Assembly (NCBI RefSeq): GCF_022045235.1
Contig: NW_027266267.1
Location: 29,512,001 to 29,576,000 of the forward strand
DNA length: 64,000 bases
Direction of reading: 5' to 3'
From: Haliotis cracherodii
Taxonomy: Eukaryota
Shown: positions 1 to 12,031 of the stretch, piece after piece
How the letters are laid out: every line of letters starts with the position of its first letter
How positions within the stretch are numbered: the first letter of the stretch is position 1
The notes under the pieces: model-generated
Seen by the model: only the letters and a program-made list of their open reading frames with translations
The model's database searches: none
What the model was told of the DNA's origin: nothing
Program-made: the position numbers and the translations under genes

Positions 1-174
1 TGATGGATATTATGATGAACGTCTCATCTTATTGAGGTTCATTAACTCGTTATCAACCAAGTCAAAGAGCATAATCACTCAATCCAAATAGGCGTCGCCA
101 GCAAAGGTTGTTGGGGCCCTATACGTGACATGGCTGTTAAGGTGAGATGAAATGGGGCTCTTTGTTCAAGATTA

Positions 175-325
175 NNNNNNNNNNNNNNNNNNNNNNNNNN
201 NNNNNNNNNNNNNNNNNNNNNNNNNNNNNNNNNNNNNNNNNNNNNNNNNNNNNNNNNNNNNNNNNNNNNNNNNNNNNNNNNNNNNNNNNNNNNNNNNNNN
301 NNNNNNNNNNNNNNNNNNNNNNNNN
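175..325. other. Assembly gap (N run)
   Basis: 151 consecutive N directly abutting the 66-bp array, so the true array length is unknown. Confidence 0.99.
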
Positions 326-3166
326 TCTCCATGGCTGTGTACAAGATGGTGTTAGTGCTTGGCATGTCGGTGGAAGTGGAGCTAGAGGATGTCTCCATGG
401 CTGTGTACAAGATGGGGATAGGGCTTGGCATGTTGGTGGAAGTGGAGCTGGAGGATGTCTCCATGGCTGTGTACATGATAGGGGTAGGGCTTGGCATGTC
501 GGTGGAAGTGGAGCTAGAGGATGTCTCCATGGCTGTGTACATGATAGGGGTAGGGCTTGGCATGTCGGTGGAAGTGGAGCTAGAGGATGTCTCCATGGCT
601 GTGTACATGATAGGGGTAGGGCTTGGCATGTCGGTGGAAGTGGAGCTAGAGGATGTCTCCATGGCTGTGTACATGATAGGGGTAGGGCTTGGCATGTCGG
701 TGGAAGTGGAGCTGGAGGATGTCTCCATGGCTGTGTACAAGATGGTGTTAGTGCTTGGCATGTTGGTGGAAGTGGAGCTGGAGGATGTCTCCGTGGCTGT
801 GTACAAGATGGGGTTAGGGCTTGGCATGTCGGTGGAAGTGGAGCTAGAGGATGTCTCCGTGGCTGTGTACAAGATGGGGTTAGGGCTTGGCATGTCGGTG
901 GAAGTGGAGCTAGAGGATGTCTCCATGGCTGTGTACATGATAGGGGTAGGGCTTGGCATGTCGGTGGAAGTGGAGCTAGAGGATGTCTCCATGGCTGTGT
1001 ACATGATAGGGGTAGGGCTTGGCATGTCGGTGGAAGTGGAGCTAGAGGATGTCTCCATGGCTGTGTACATGATAGGGGTAGGGCTTGGCATGTCGGTGGA
1101 AGTGGAGCTGGAGGATGTCTCCATGGCTGTGTACAAGATGGTGTTAGTGCTTGGCATGTTGGTGGAAGTGGAGCTGGAGGATGTCTCCGTGGCTGTGTAC
1201 AAGATGGGGTTAGGGCTTGGCATGTCGGTGGAAGTGGAGCTAGAGGATGTCTCCGTGGCTGTGTACAAGATGGGGTTAGGGCTTGGCATGTCGGTGGAAG
1301 TGGAGCTAGAGGATGTCTCCATGGCTGTGTACATGATAGGGGTAGGGCTTGGCATGTCGGTGGAAGTGGAGCTAGAGGATGTCTCCGTGGCTGTGTACAA
1401 GATGGGGTTAGGGCTTGGCATGTCGGTGGAAGTGGAGCTAGAGGATGTCTCCATGGCTGTGTACATGATAGGGGTAGGGCTTGGCATGTCGGTGGAAGTG
1501 GAGCTAGAGGATGTCTCCGTGGCTGTGTACAAGATGGGGTTAGGGCTTGGCATGTCAGTGGAAGTGGAGCTAGAGGATGTCTCCATGGCTGTGTACATGA
1601 TAGGGGTAGGGCTTGGCATGTCGGTGGAAGTGGAGCTAGAGGATGTCTCCGTGGCTGTGTACAAGATGGGGTTAGGGCTTGGCATGTCGGTGGAAGTGGA
1701 GCTAGAGGATGTCTCCATGGCTGTGTACATGATAGGGGTAGGGCTTGGCATGTCGGTGGAAGTGGAGCTAGAGGATGTCTCCGTGGCTGTGTACAAGATG
1801 GGGTTAGGGCTTGGCATGTCGGTGGAAGTGGAGCTAGAGGATGTCTCCATGGCTGTGTACATGATAGGGGTAGGGCTTGGCATGTCGGTGGAAGTGGAGC
1901 TAGAGGATGTCTCCGTGGCTGTGTACAAGATGGGGTTAGGGCTTGGCATGTCGGTGGAAGTGGAGCTAGAGGATGTCTCCATGGCTGTGTACAAGATGGG
2001 GTTAGGGCTTGGCATGTCGGTGGAAGTGGAGCTAGAGGATGTCTCCGTGGCTGTGTACAAGATGGGGTTAGGGCTTGGCATGTCAGTGGAAGTGGAGCTA
2101 GAGGATGTCTCCATGGCTGTGTACATGATAGGGGTAGGGCTTGGCATGTCGGTGGAAGTGGAGCTAGAGGATGTCTCCATGGCTGTGTACATGATAGGGG
2201 TAGGGCTTGGCATGTCGGTGGAAGTGGAGCTAGAGGATGTCTCCATGGCTGTGTACATGATAGGGGTAGGGCTTGGCATGTCGGTGGAAGTGGAGCTGGA
2301 GGATGTCTCCATGGCTGTGTACAAGATGGTGTTAGTGCTTGGCATGTTGGTGGAAGTGGAGCTGGAGGATGTCTCCGTGGCTGTGTACAAGATGGGGTTA
2401 GGGCTTGGCATGTCGGTGGAAGTGGAGCTAGAGGATGTCTCCGTGGCTGTGTACAAGATGGGGTTAGGGCTTGGCATGTCGGTGGAAGTGGAGCTAGAGG
2501 ATGTCTCCATGGCTGTGTACATGATAGGGGTAGGGCTTGGCATGTCGGTGGAAGTGGAGCTAGAGGATGTCTCCGTGGCTGTGTACAAGATGGGGTTAGG
2601 GCTTGGCATGTCGGTGGAAGTGGAGCTAGAGGATGTCTCCATGGCTGTGTACATGATAGGGGTAGGGCTTGGCATGTCGGTGGAAGTGGAGCTAGAGGAT
2701 GTCTCCGTGGCTGTGTACAAGATGGGGTTAGGGCTTGGCATGTCAGTGGAAGTGGAGCTAGAGGATGTCTCCATGGCTGTGTACATGATAGGGGTAGGGC
2801 TTGGCATGTCGGTGGAAGTGGAGCTAGAGGATGTCTCCGTGGCTGTGTACAAGATGGGGTTAGGGCTTGGCATGTCGGTGGAAGTGGAGCTAGAGGATGT
2901 CTCCATGGCTGTGTACATGATAGGGGTAGGGCTTGGCATGTCGGTGGAAGTGGAGCTAGAGGATGTCTCCGTGGCTGTGTACAAGATGGGGTTAGGGCTT
3001 GGCATGTCGGTGGAAGTGGAGCTAGAGGATGTCTCCATGGCTGTGTACATGATAGGGGTAGGGCTTGGCATGTCGGTGGAAGTGGAGCTAGAGGATGTCT
3101 CCGTGGCTGTGTACAAGATGGGGTTAGGGCTTGGCATGTCGGTGGAAGTGGAGCTAGAGGATGTCT
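326..3166. repeat. 66-bp minisatellite, ~43 copies, in SDHC intron 3
   Basis: Unit CTCCATGGCTGTGTACATGATAGGGGTAGGGCTTGGCATGTCGGTGGAAGTGGAGCTAGAGGATGT; generates the 960-1070 aa ORFs in three frames. Confidence 0.98.
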
Positions 3167-3222
3167 TGATTGTTTTGCTTTGTGTTACAAATTTGGACTA
3201 CATGGTCATCATATGTTGAGGG

Positions 3223-3384
3223 TCGGTGGGGTAGCCTTGAGGTCAAAGTGTTTGCTCGTCTTGCCGAAGACCTGGGTTCGATTCCCAATATGGGTACAAT
3301 GTGTGAAGCCCATTTCTGGTGTCCGCCACCGTGATATTGCTGGAATATTGCTAAAAGCTGTGTAAAACCATACTCACTCACTCA
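3223..3384 (+). mobile_element. tRNA-derived SINE
   Basis: A-box-like GGGGTAGCCTTGAGG, B-box GGGTTCGATTCCC, tail ...GATATTGCTGGAATATTGCTAAAAGC...AAACCAT(ACTC)n shared with other SINEs in the window. Confidence 0.8.
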
Positions 3385-3511
3385 TCATCCACTGTTAGTG
3401 GCAGATATAAATAAGAACATTTTCTTGTCGTCAATTATTGTGTATGAGTATATCAATAGTTTTGATTCTTAATGGTTATTGTGATAAAAATAATTTATAC
3501 TTAAAACTTGC

Positions 3512-3613
3512 CTGTATGAGGAGAGGAACGGTGAGAGCGGGCGATTCAGCTGTCTGTTCTTGTCCCAGTACTTCCGCATTTCTTCATAGGCTGTACTTGA
3601 AGACATCGGAATC
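3512..3613 (-). CDS. SDHC: Succinate dehydrogenase cytochrome b560 subunit, coding exon 3
   Basis: Reads (K)IPMSSSTAYEEMRKYWDKNRQLNRPLSPFLSSY(R/S), matching SDHC 'EEMERFWNKN..NRPLSPH..IY'. Acceptor tgttgtccag, donor AG|GCAAGT, 102 nt, phase 2/2. Downstream exons lie outside the window or in the gap. Confidence 0.92.
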
Positions 3614-4255
3614 CTGGACAACAACAGAGTTCAGCAATTGACAGCTAGTTGGAAGACATGGAAATAATCCTGTTACACTGTCATTACTTTATGTTCTGGA
3701 CACACAACATTCTTCCATCACCCACAAATAACTTCGTAATAATCACACTAATGTGGCAGTGCGAATGCATGGGCCTGTTTCAGGTCATCACTTCGGGACA
3801 GGTGTTAGGTGATTACCTCAGGCAATAAGCTGTTTCATTCATGCATGGCAACGCACATATTTTACCATCATTTTATTTTACCACATAAGTTCACCATCAT
3901 TTTACCTGAAAAAGTACCTTTTTAGGCTAATCACAGTGTCAGAATCAACTAGATTAGATAGATTTGCATTCTTTGGATACATGCTACTTTCATAGCGCTA
4001 TGATTCGTATTTACTAAATGAAGCCAGAAAAGCATTTTTATGGCATTTCTAACTGTTCTTTAGTCCAAAATCCTTAAAATAAAACAAAAATCTACTGAAA
4101 TGATGTAAGCGCCATGTCTGGGCCAGCACATTCGAACGATTATGTTATTTATAATGTAGGTAACACATAACCTTATTGAAGTGTACTATGTGTTTACAGA
4201 CAAACACGCTAGTTGTTGACATTTGCACATGGTCCGTGCGTCGTGAGGTACTTAC

Positions 4256-4306
4256 TTGTTGACAAACACTGCATGCTGCCTCAACAGGCTCTGCCTGCCT
4301 ACAGAT
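4256..4306 (-). CDS. SDHC: SDHC coding exon 2 (mitochondrial presequence)
   Basis: tgtgttccag|(R)SVGRQSLLRQHAVFVN(K)|gtaagt; 51 nt, phase 2/2, joins exons 1 and 3 in frame; Arg-rich and acid-free like a transit peptide. Confidence 0.85.
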
Positions 4307-5929
4307 CTGGAACACAACATGGGATTTGTGTAGCCATGGGAACAAGTCTTTACACAACATGTGACGGGAACTGGACAATCAATACCCACGGAGATCCGTA
4401 CCTTGTATATTTTGGCGGACTACTACACAAATGCTGCATTACCTCTACACACCTGTACTTGATCTACGGGATGACTCATACCCCAAATACGTGTATTTGT
4501 ACACAATGTAAATGTAGATGATTTCTTATTAAACTAAACATTATTCACCTCTAGTGTTCTATTGTTATCTGTAGCAATGACCTAGAATAATATGAGAAAC
4601 AATCAGAGAAATCAGCGCCTATCGGCTGATGAAGTGTAAACTGCTTCTGTGGGACGCTGAATGTGTTAATTGGTGCTTACTCTATAAATAAATGGGTATG
4701 GTTCATCCAATTTGTGTATGAGTCATGGAAAATAAAATGCTCAATATCAGGAATGGAAGACAGGAATTTTAGGTGTGTATAAGCCATTTCAGATGGGTAC
4801 GTACCTCCTTTGGTGTGGATTGTCTATTGACTAGTGTAGTGATGGGAATAAGTCTTCATAACGTGCTTATGGTAACTGTTCTTAGAGACTGAGAATAAAC
4901 TTGATGAACACTGTTTCAATATTTACCTATGCTTCCTGTTAGCAGTCCTACCTGTCCTATGTGTACCTGGTATACAAGACTATATTCTCCATGTCCTAAC
5001 ACTAACCACAACATGATCATGATGAGTCTGATGATGTAACAAATACTAAATGATCTGAATAACCCTCTAAATGCTATCTGTCCAACATGTCTGATGGTTT
5101 GGAAAAGACCACTGCATTGCGTTTGTTTAATGTGTTTAACTTGAGTAGGGGAGCAGTATGTACATTCCTTAAAGAACCTATCAATAGTATCATTTGTTAC
5201 CCATTTTTTTCCTGTGTTGTCAAAACTAATGAGTTATACATCAAATAACAACCACCCACTCGTGTGTAACTAATGGAAAGTCATCTCCCAATCAACAGAA
5301 AACTCTGACGACAGCCATGTTGATTAAAATGTTCTTAAAATATCTTTCGTCACTGGCATGGTAGAAAGCTCATGGAAAGAAAGCTGCTGTTTATCAGGAA
5401 GTTGACAGCATTGCCGAGTTGAAAACTGCACCACATGTTGTCAAATTTTGGTTACAAGAAAATTCATATAGCTAGTTCCAGTATAGTAGATCTTTCCAAA
5501 TGAATCTTTTGCTTGACCATTCACAGTTGCCACTTAGAACTTGGGTTTTGAAAGCATGAAAACGACAATCAAGGTCACATAGGTGAAGGTCAGTCGATAA
5601 CGCGTTGGCTTTTCCCATCAAACTTTTCCGTTGATTATAAACTACGTCAGGTGTGTAAACAACCAAATAACGTGACACGCAAATGTCCAGTAGAAAGAGG
5701 GGTTCCTAATAAACAAGAATGAGATGAAACCAATGAAGACATGGAAGGGCGGCCCCCGGCCTTCAATATATTGGCGAAGCATAGCAGCAAAACAGTGGAA
5801 AACTAGCTGTTCAATTCAATGAAAGGTGCTTTAAGCTTTAATTTCGTTCGTGCACACTGCCATTTAGTTAATTCTTGAGCAAGTGGGGAAAAAGGAATAG
5901 GAAATAAGCGCTGATAACCGTGCAACTAC

Positions 5930-5946
5930 CTCAAAAGCATCGCCAT
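5930..5946 (-). CDS. SDHC: SDHC coding exon 1
   Basis: caagATGGCGATGCTTTTGAG|gtagtt = MAMLL(R), resembling vertebrate MAALLLR; phase 2. Confidence 0.85.
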
Positions 5947-5950
5947 CTTG
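5941..5950 (-). promoter_or_regulatory. YY1-like motif overlapping the SDHC start codon
   Basis: CAAGATGGCG matches the YY1 core often found over the ATG of housekeeping genes; it could equally be just a strong Kozak context. Confidence 0.4.
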
Positions 5951-8203
5951 TCTGCAGGTGGAATGAAGACTCGGCTACGGAAAATGAAACGAATGCAACA
6001 TTAGCGAAATTTGCTTCACATCGATTCCACTGAACCAAAACGTTAATCATATATAAACTGTATATTGTTATACAAAGCAAGGGGGGCAAGTTTAGCACTG
6101 AATATTACAAATCTACTTTCAAAGTGAAAAGTATGAAATCGATGTTTTATCTATTTCGGAAATGTAGAATAATGTTCAATTTAACATAAACCGGTATGAC
6201 AACATTTTGTAAATTGTATTTGTCGACGAGTAGTTAACATTGTCTCCAAGACATTGAAACTTCAACCGTCACGCATTTATAATTAATCGTAGCGGGTACT
6301 GTTGGGCAAATGTTGAATACTCCGCCAAACACTTAAATATAACTATCACTATTGTGACTATGTAATACAGGTAATGGTCAACTTCTACACAATGATACCC
6401 CTACATAACATTACCTAACCTGTATTAAATATTTCATAAATACAACTTGCTGGTCCGTAATCACTTGCCTCACAGTATATTTTTAACAATACTTGACATT
6501 TATCATTATCTGGTCGGTATGAGGCAATATCAGTATAGGTATCACTGACATTTTAATGAACAAAAATTAGAGAACATGACATGGACGATTTTATATGTTG
6601 ATTTTATTCATGTATATTTTGAATTTGTTTTAGATTTTCATATTTTTCGCAAAGATACAATTACTTTATCGTCAGCATTCCGATTGTCAACAAAAAACAA
6701 ACACACCCTTTTCTTCATATTTGTGTAAAACTGTAGAGATTAAATTTGTGGTCGAGAGTTCAGTATTATTCACTTCAGTTTTCACAATATAGATAAGGCG
6801 TCATGGTTATAAGTCGGTTCTCGGTGGTCCACCAAAGTGATTCAGGCACGCCTACTCGTGAACCGAAGTCTTCTAGGGAAGATGGAGGACTGTTGATGTA
6901 AGTGTACGCACGTTCCCGCAGCAGTATTTAAGCTACATTTCAGGGCGAGGTAGTAGACCGCGACTGTTTTTAATGAAATTGAAAACTGATATAACTGTTG
7001 TTAAATTGATTATGTCTGTTTAAACACCACTCATTCCTGCAACAGTTTGTAGAAAGTAATCTGTGGCTGGGTAGTTTTGTGTAAAAATAAACTGGTTCAA
7101 TGAAGGTTGGGGTAAGAATTTAATTATCAACCACACGCCACCTTGATATGTTGTATTTTTGTGCCGAAAAGAGCAAATTTAGTATTTTTTAAAGATAGGA
7201 TGTCTAAAATACCCATTAGCAATGTGTGTATACGCAATGTTTGTACATTTTAACAACTTTTAAATCAAATTATATTTTTTTTAAATAAAACCATGCAGAA
7301 GTATTCTTTGAGTGCTGACTTCAAGCCAGTACAGTTCCATGTTTGGTATAATATCGCTTACTTAACATCTTTTAAATTGCAAATCAAGCATATGATGAAA
7401 TATACTGAGAGGTATAGTTTCTTTTGCTCCTCAGTCTACTATCAAATTATTATTTATTGACAGATGAAATACCATGTCTGAAAAAGTCAAATCAATATTT
7501 CACTCTGGTGAAATACCCCTTGGTGCCGGAACTACCTTCAGCCTACTTGCTTGTGGCTAAGCTTGTCTGGCCGTGTGAATCAGTGAGAAAATACATAATA
7601 AATATTTTCCTTTCTTGATAAAATAACATGTTTAATTAATTTCGTGGTCTGCGAAGTTGCGCCGCTCATGACAATATATATCTGTCACTCGCTGAAATAA
7701 ACATGCTTTTTGAGAAAACAATCCTCTATATTTTAAATGTTCAATGTAAATAGTAAAACAATATGATTCATTCTGAAACCTGATGTACATATATGTTTTC
7801 AGTGTCTGTAGAGAGTCCCGGGGACTCTCCGTCATAACTGCTGGGGTCCCAGTCACACGACAGACGGGGCTCCAGGCACTGCCGCCATACCAGCAGGAAG
7901 TAGAGTAGAAACTATATGTGTGATGCCTTATGCTGACCGTATAAGGGATTTCCTTGTTTGAAACTTTGTGATCGAGTGAAGATAATGTGTCTGAACTTTT
8001 ATTGCATTTTATAACCAGAACAGAAATATGTGACGAATCTAATGTGCTTGCATTAATTTAGTTTGTTTCAATCATTCAAACACCCATACTCTTTTGCGTC
8101 TAAAGGGACTGGGGTATCATTTGCGTCCATTCCTAATAATTATTCATCCCGTTAAAACCTGTCAACAAAAGTGTATGTGCATAGGTCGGCCAGTCAAGGT
8201 GTA

Positions 8204-8318
8204 TGAGTGAGTTTGGTTTAGTGCCGCTTTGAATAGTATTCCAGTTGTATCTGGCCATGGGCGTGTCAGCTTATTGTGGGAGAAAAGCCCGAAGTGATGC
8301 AGATCTCAGACGTTTACC
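8204..8318 (-). mobile_element. 5'-truncated SINE (same family as 13888, 14439, 59209)
   Basis: Reverse complement of ...GGTAAACGTCTGAGA...CTTTCCTCCCACA...AAGCTGACACGCC...AAAGCGGC.TAAACCAAACTCACTCA. Confidence 0.75.
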
Positions 8319-8728
8319 AATTTATCTTTTACGTACAAGATTACATACTAAACTGTGTACAAGATTACCGTAATTTCCGTGTACGAGATCGATTTGTGTA
8401 CGAGATTACCGCAACCCTCCCGGCACACCGTGTTTTTCTTTTATAAGATTAATAATAAGAAAATGATTCTATTACTGTGTCATGTATTGCACACATATTA
8501 AAAACAATGTCAAATCCATTAAAAAGTATACAATACTCGGCCATGAGGCCCGAGACACAATATTGCCTAAGATTTACAACATAGAAGATGATGAGTTAAT
8601 AGATGTCACCAACGATCTCAAACGCAATGAAACATAATTTTGAATAGGCGATGCACCTACTTTTAACGCATCGCGTATGTCATTGAATGGGGAATTCCAT
8701 TCATGACGTAATATTTGTTTATGAGTAA

Positions 8729-8870
8729 TACACGTACAGCGAGTGTTACTCATACAGTATTACACGTACAGCGAGTGTTACTCATACAGTATTACACGTA
8801 CAGTGAGTATTACACGTACAGCGAGTGTTAACCATACAGTATTACGCGTACAGCGGTTATTACACACACA
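8729..8870. repeat. Short degenerate 32-bp tandem repeat
   Basis: TACACGTACAGCGAGTGTTACTCATACAGTAT, about 4 copies with partial units. Confidence 0.85.
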
Positions 8871-10335
8871 ATTATACACGCAGTTGAAGCTGAAACCTTC
8901 ATTTCAAAACTTAACAGGAAATAAAAAATAATGACATTTCAAGAATAAAATGTCTAACTGAAATTCAGGTACAATTGTCTCAAAGCAAAAACGTGCATTA
9001 TAACAAAACACTTCACATGCAAATACGTGTATAAATCAACAGACACCCCCAAAGTCGATGCTAGTTATATCGAAAGGTGTCTTACAAATAGCATGTATCG
9101 TACGATGTGAAATACCGCGAGATTTCAAATTGCAGGCGCGCCACACACGAAATTTGTCAACAAACCCAAACCAACACTACTTTGTGCATATAGGTATACT
9201 TTGGGGTTGTCTCTCACCAGTGTTTCCAGAATGTGATTTGTGTACCATTTGCACTTAATGAGACAGCACATTTCATATCAATGAAATGTATTTTCGTTCC
9301 TTCCAACATTCTCAAGCAGACGGCAGGTCAAACGTGTGTTCGAGCAGATGAAGTTGGTTGACAACTTGTCATTCGGTCTACGTGTAGTTACCTACGGAAT
9401 AGGACAACTTACGTGACATGTCATTTAATAACATGTATTCGGTATTCAAACTTGGTTCGCACGATACTTGTCTATCTATTAAGTGGCTAATACTAATAGA
9501 TTATTTCGACCACATCCATAAAAATAGTTACTCGGTATTAACTGATTGGGAAAATGTTGTCACTTTGTAAAACAGGGATAATTGGAATATGTGTACAATA
9601 TGTAGACAAGTGCCAAAGGACCAAAGATTTGGAGGCTATGCTAACATGTTTACCCCAATAATATTGTTTTTTTTCTTCAGCCTCAGCATGTAAATCAACA
9701 ATTTATGACCTGTCTGATCATACTCTTTACTGTAACAAAAACGTGATGTTTTTCAAATTTGTGAATTGGAGGGGAATGCCACTGCAATGTATTTAATATG
9801 TTGTTTTTTTTATAAAATACATGTATATGACAAATCTCATTTCCCCAGAAAATGACAGACAGATAACTTAGTTTGACTTTCAGGTAGCACAAATTGATAT
9901 GAGATGACTTGATTATTGTTTGAAGCAAGTCATTGAATAGAATCTAGCAAAAGTACAGCACTGAAGTACTGAAATCATACAGACTAACAAGTTTCTGGAC
10001 AAATGAATTTGTATGCAGTAATATGTTCGAAATGGTAGTCGTCTGGAAGGCTGAGTTTCAGGCCTAGACGGGTTTTGCTGTATCCTTAACATGAAAAAAA
10101 CCATGTCTTCAAATGATGCCCAAGTCACAACATGAACATTAACAAAATCCCAGCTGTGAACTTATTCTGTATATCTCCATGTTGCTCAAACTATAAACCA
10201 CTGATTGATTTTTCTTATCCTTGTTTCCCTGCCATGATATGAGTGTGGAACTAGTTACTGCTTTGTCTAAACTGTTGAATTAATTGATTCATAAAAAAAC
10301 ACAATTATTTTATCTTTCAGACTTGAATCTTCAAA

Positions 10336-10394
10336 ATGCCTGTCAACCAAATCACCTACTCAGAAAAGTATTATGATGAGAAGTTTGAATACAG
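10336..10394 (+). CDS. CKS1: Cyclin-dependent kinases regulatory subunit, coding exon 1
   Basis: MPVNQITYSEKYYDEKFEY(R)|gtaaat. The exon starts at 10321 after acceptor tttatctttcag, implying an upstream 5'UTR exon. Confidence 0.96.
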
Positions 10395-10406
10395 GTAAAT
10401 TAACAT

Positions 10407-10568
10407 TGACGACAGCCTGTAAATAATCAAGTCTGGGCCTGACAATCTGGTGATTGATATTGTGAGCAGTGATCCATGCTGTCAGTATCAACAAAGTCAC
10501 CAAGCCTGACCATTTGGTCGCCTCTTACGATCAGCATAGGTTGTTGGATCAAGACTCCCAATGGGGTT
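10407..10568 (-). mobile_element. Degraded copy of retroposon family A (GACCCGTGAAG-headed)
   Basis: Shares CTGTAAATAATCAAGTCTGG...GTGATTGA...GTCGCCTCTTACGA with copies at 11090, 23303 and 56271. Confidence 0.7.
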
Positions 10569-11089
10569 TTATGTACACATAATATAGGAAGTAGCATGCT
10601 TGAATTTAATGTCCAGTGCCTCTTGGGCAAGGCCATTTTCATTACAAGTACTTAAAATAATGTTTATTTCATGTCTTGACAAAATAAACTGTGAAATGAA
10701 AGAATTTCCCCCATTAGTTGCATGTTTCACAATAGCTTAAGATTGCACGAAATACTTTTGGATGTACTTGCTTCTTTCTGTATTTTGGCTGTATATCATA
10801 AATTAATTACATAGGTAATTCGTGTTAAATGTTGTGAAAAACCTAGGAGAGGATCGCTATTTGTCCAAATAGAACAAATTTTGTATTCACGAGGTACAAA
10901 TTCGAAAGTACAAATTGTGGTTAATATGTGACAGGGATAAAAATTTAATATTTTGCCAAATTTGCAAAGGGTATGATGATGATCATAACCAGTTCATTAG
11001 TATGTTTAAGGAAAAAACTTTCTAAGCCTCTTAGATCTCTGTCTAATGGATTAGCTGCCTCTTGTTATAAATATTGGGAAATATAGTTT

Positions 11090-11318
11090 ATTTAACTCAG
11101 CACTCAGCAATATTCCAACTATATCACTGCAGTCTGTAAATAATCGAGTCTGGACCAGACAATCCAGTGATTGACGTCATGAACATTGATCTGTGCAATT
11201 GGGATACAATGATATGCTTCAAACCAAGTCAGCGATCCTGACCACCTGATCCTGTTAGTCATGTGTCTCAACAAACATGGGTTGCTCAAGACCAAGTCTA
11301 ACCCGGATCTTCACGGGT
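11090..11318 (-). mobile_element. Retroposon family A, full-length copy
   Basis: About 230 bp, aligns along its length with 23303-23531 and 56271-56508; ends on + strand in CTTCACGGGT. Confidence 0.82.
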
Positions 11319-11703
11319 TTGGTAGACAAGGCACACCTAAATTGAAAATGGCTCACCTGAAAAACAGGTCCAGTGCACTTGGGCATGCCTGATTTTTTTG
11401 ATGTGTTCGAATGTACAACTGGAGCCATTCTGATATTGAAAGGACAATTTGATCCTACCATAAATCTTGAAAAGTGGGACCATTTGTCGTGTCTCGTGTG
11501 TTAAAATATCAAGAACAGTTTTTGAAATTCAGCATGAAAGTCGTGGGATCCTTGTTATAACCCTATTGTTGAAAGTTAGAGATTTAAGATTCCTGAGGTT
11601 TTAATACCTAAGGAAAGACCTCAGGGAGCCCATAACTTCAAACACTGAAGAGTACACACAATGATCCTTGAAATGCTCTGTTTCATTGTCCTGCCATCCC
11701 CAG

Positions 11704-11831
11704 ACACGTGATTCTGCCGTCCGACATAGCAAAGCAGGTGCCCAAGAACCACCTGATGACGGAGACTGAGTGGAGAAATCTGGGAGTGCAGCAGTCGCCA
11801 GGCTGGATACACTACATGATGCACTCACCAG
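11704..11831 (+). CDS. CKS1: CKS coding exon 2
   Basis: ccatccccag|(R)[42 protein letters not shown](E)|gtaacc; canonical CKS core; 128 nt. Confidence 0.97.
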
Positions 11832-12031
11832 GTAACCAGGCACACACGCCACACTCCACTACCTCTCCAAACACAATCTGCAACTCAGTATGTTTTCAAT
11901 TATTATGGAAAGATATTTTTAGGCCAGACTTTTTATTTCTTGGTTTTCAAAGTTGAGTAGTGAGAAAATAAAAAAAAGACAATTCAGATTATGTTTGGTC
12001 TTCAAATGTTATGTGAATATGTTGCTGTGTG

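Noticed and set aside
75-3365. 1020/1072/962-aa ORFs, including a mucin-like one
   Set aside because: Products of a stop-free 66-bp unit inside an SDHC intron. Unit variants are mostly non-synonymous, there is no signal peptide, and the only nearby AG (3198) is weak and out of phase with SDHC exon 3.
5015-5095. C/D-box snoRNA-like ATGATGA...CTGA
   Set aside because: Antisense to the host SDHC intron, no convincing terminal stem or recognisable rRNA guide.
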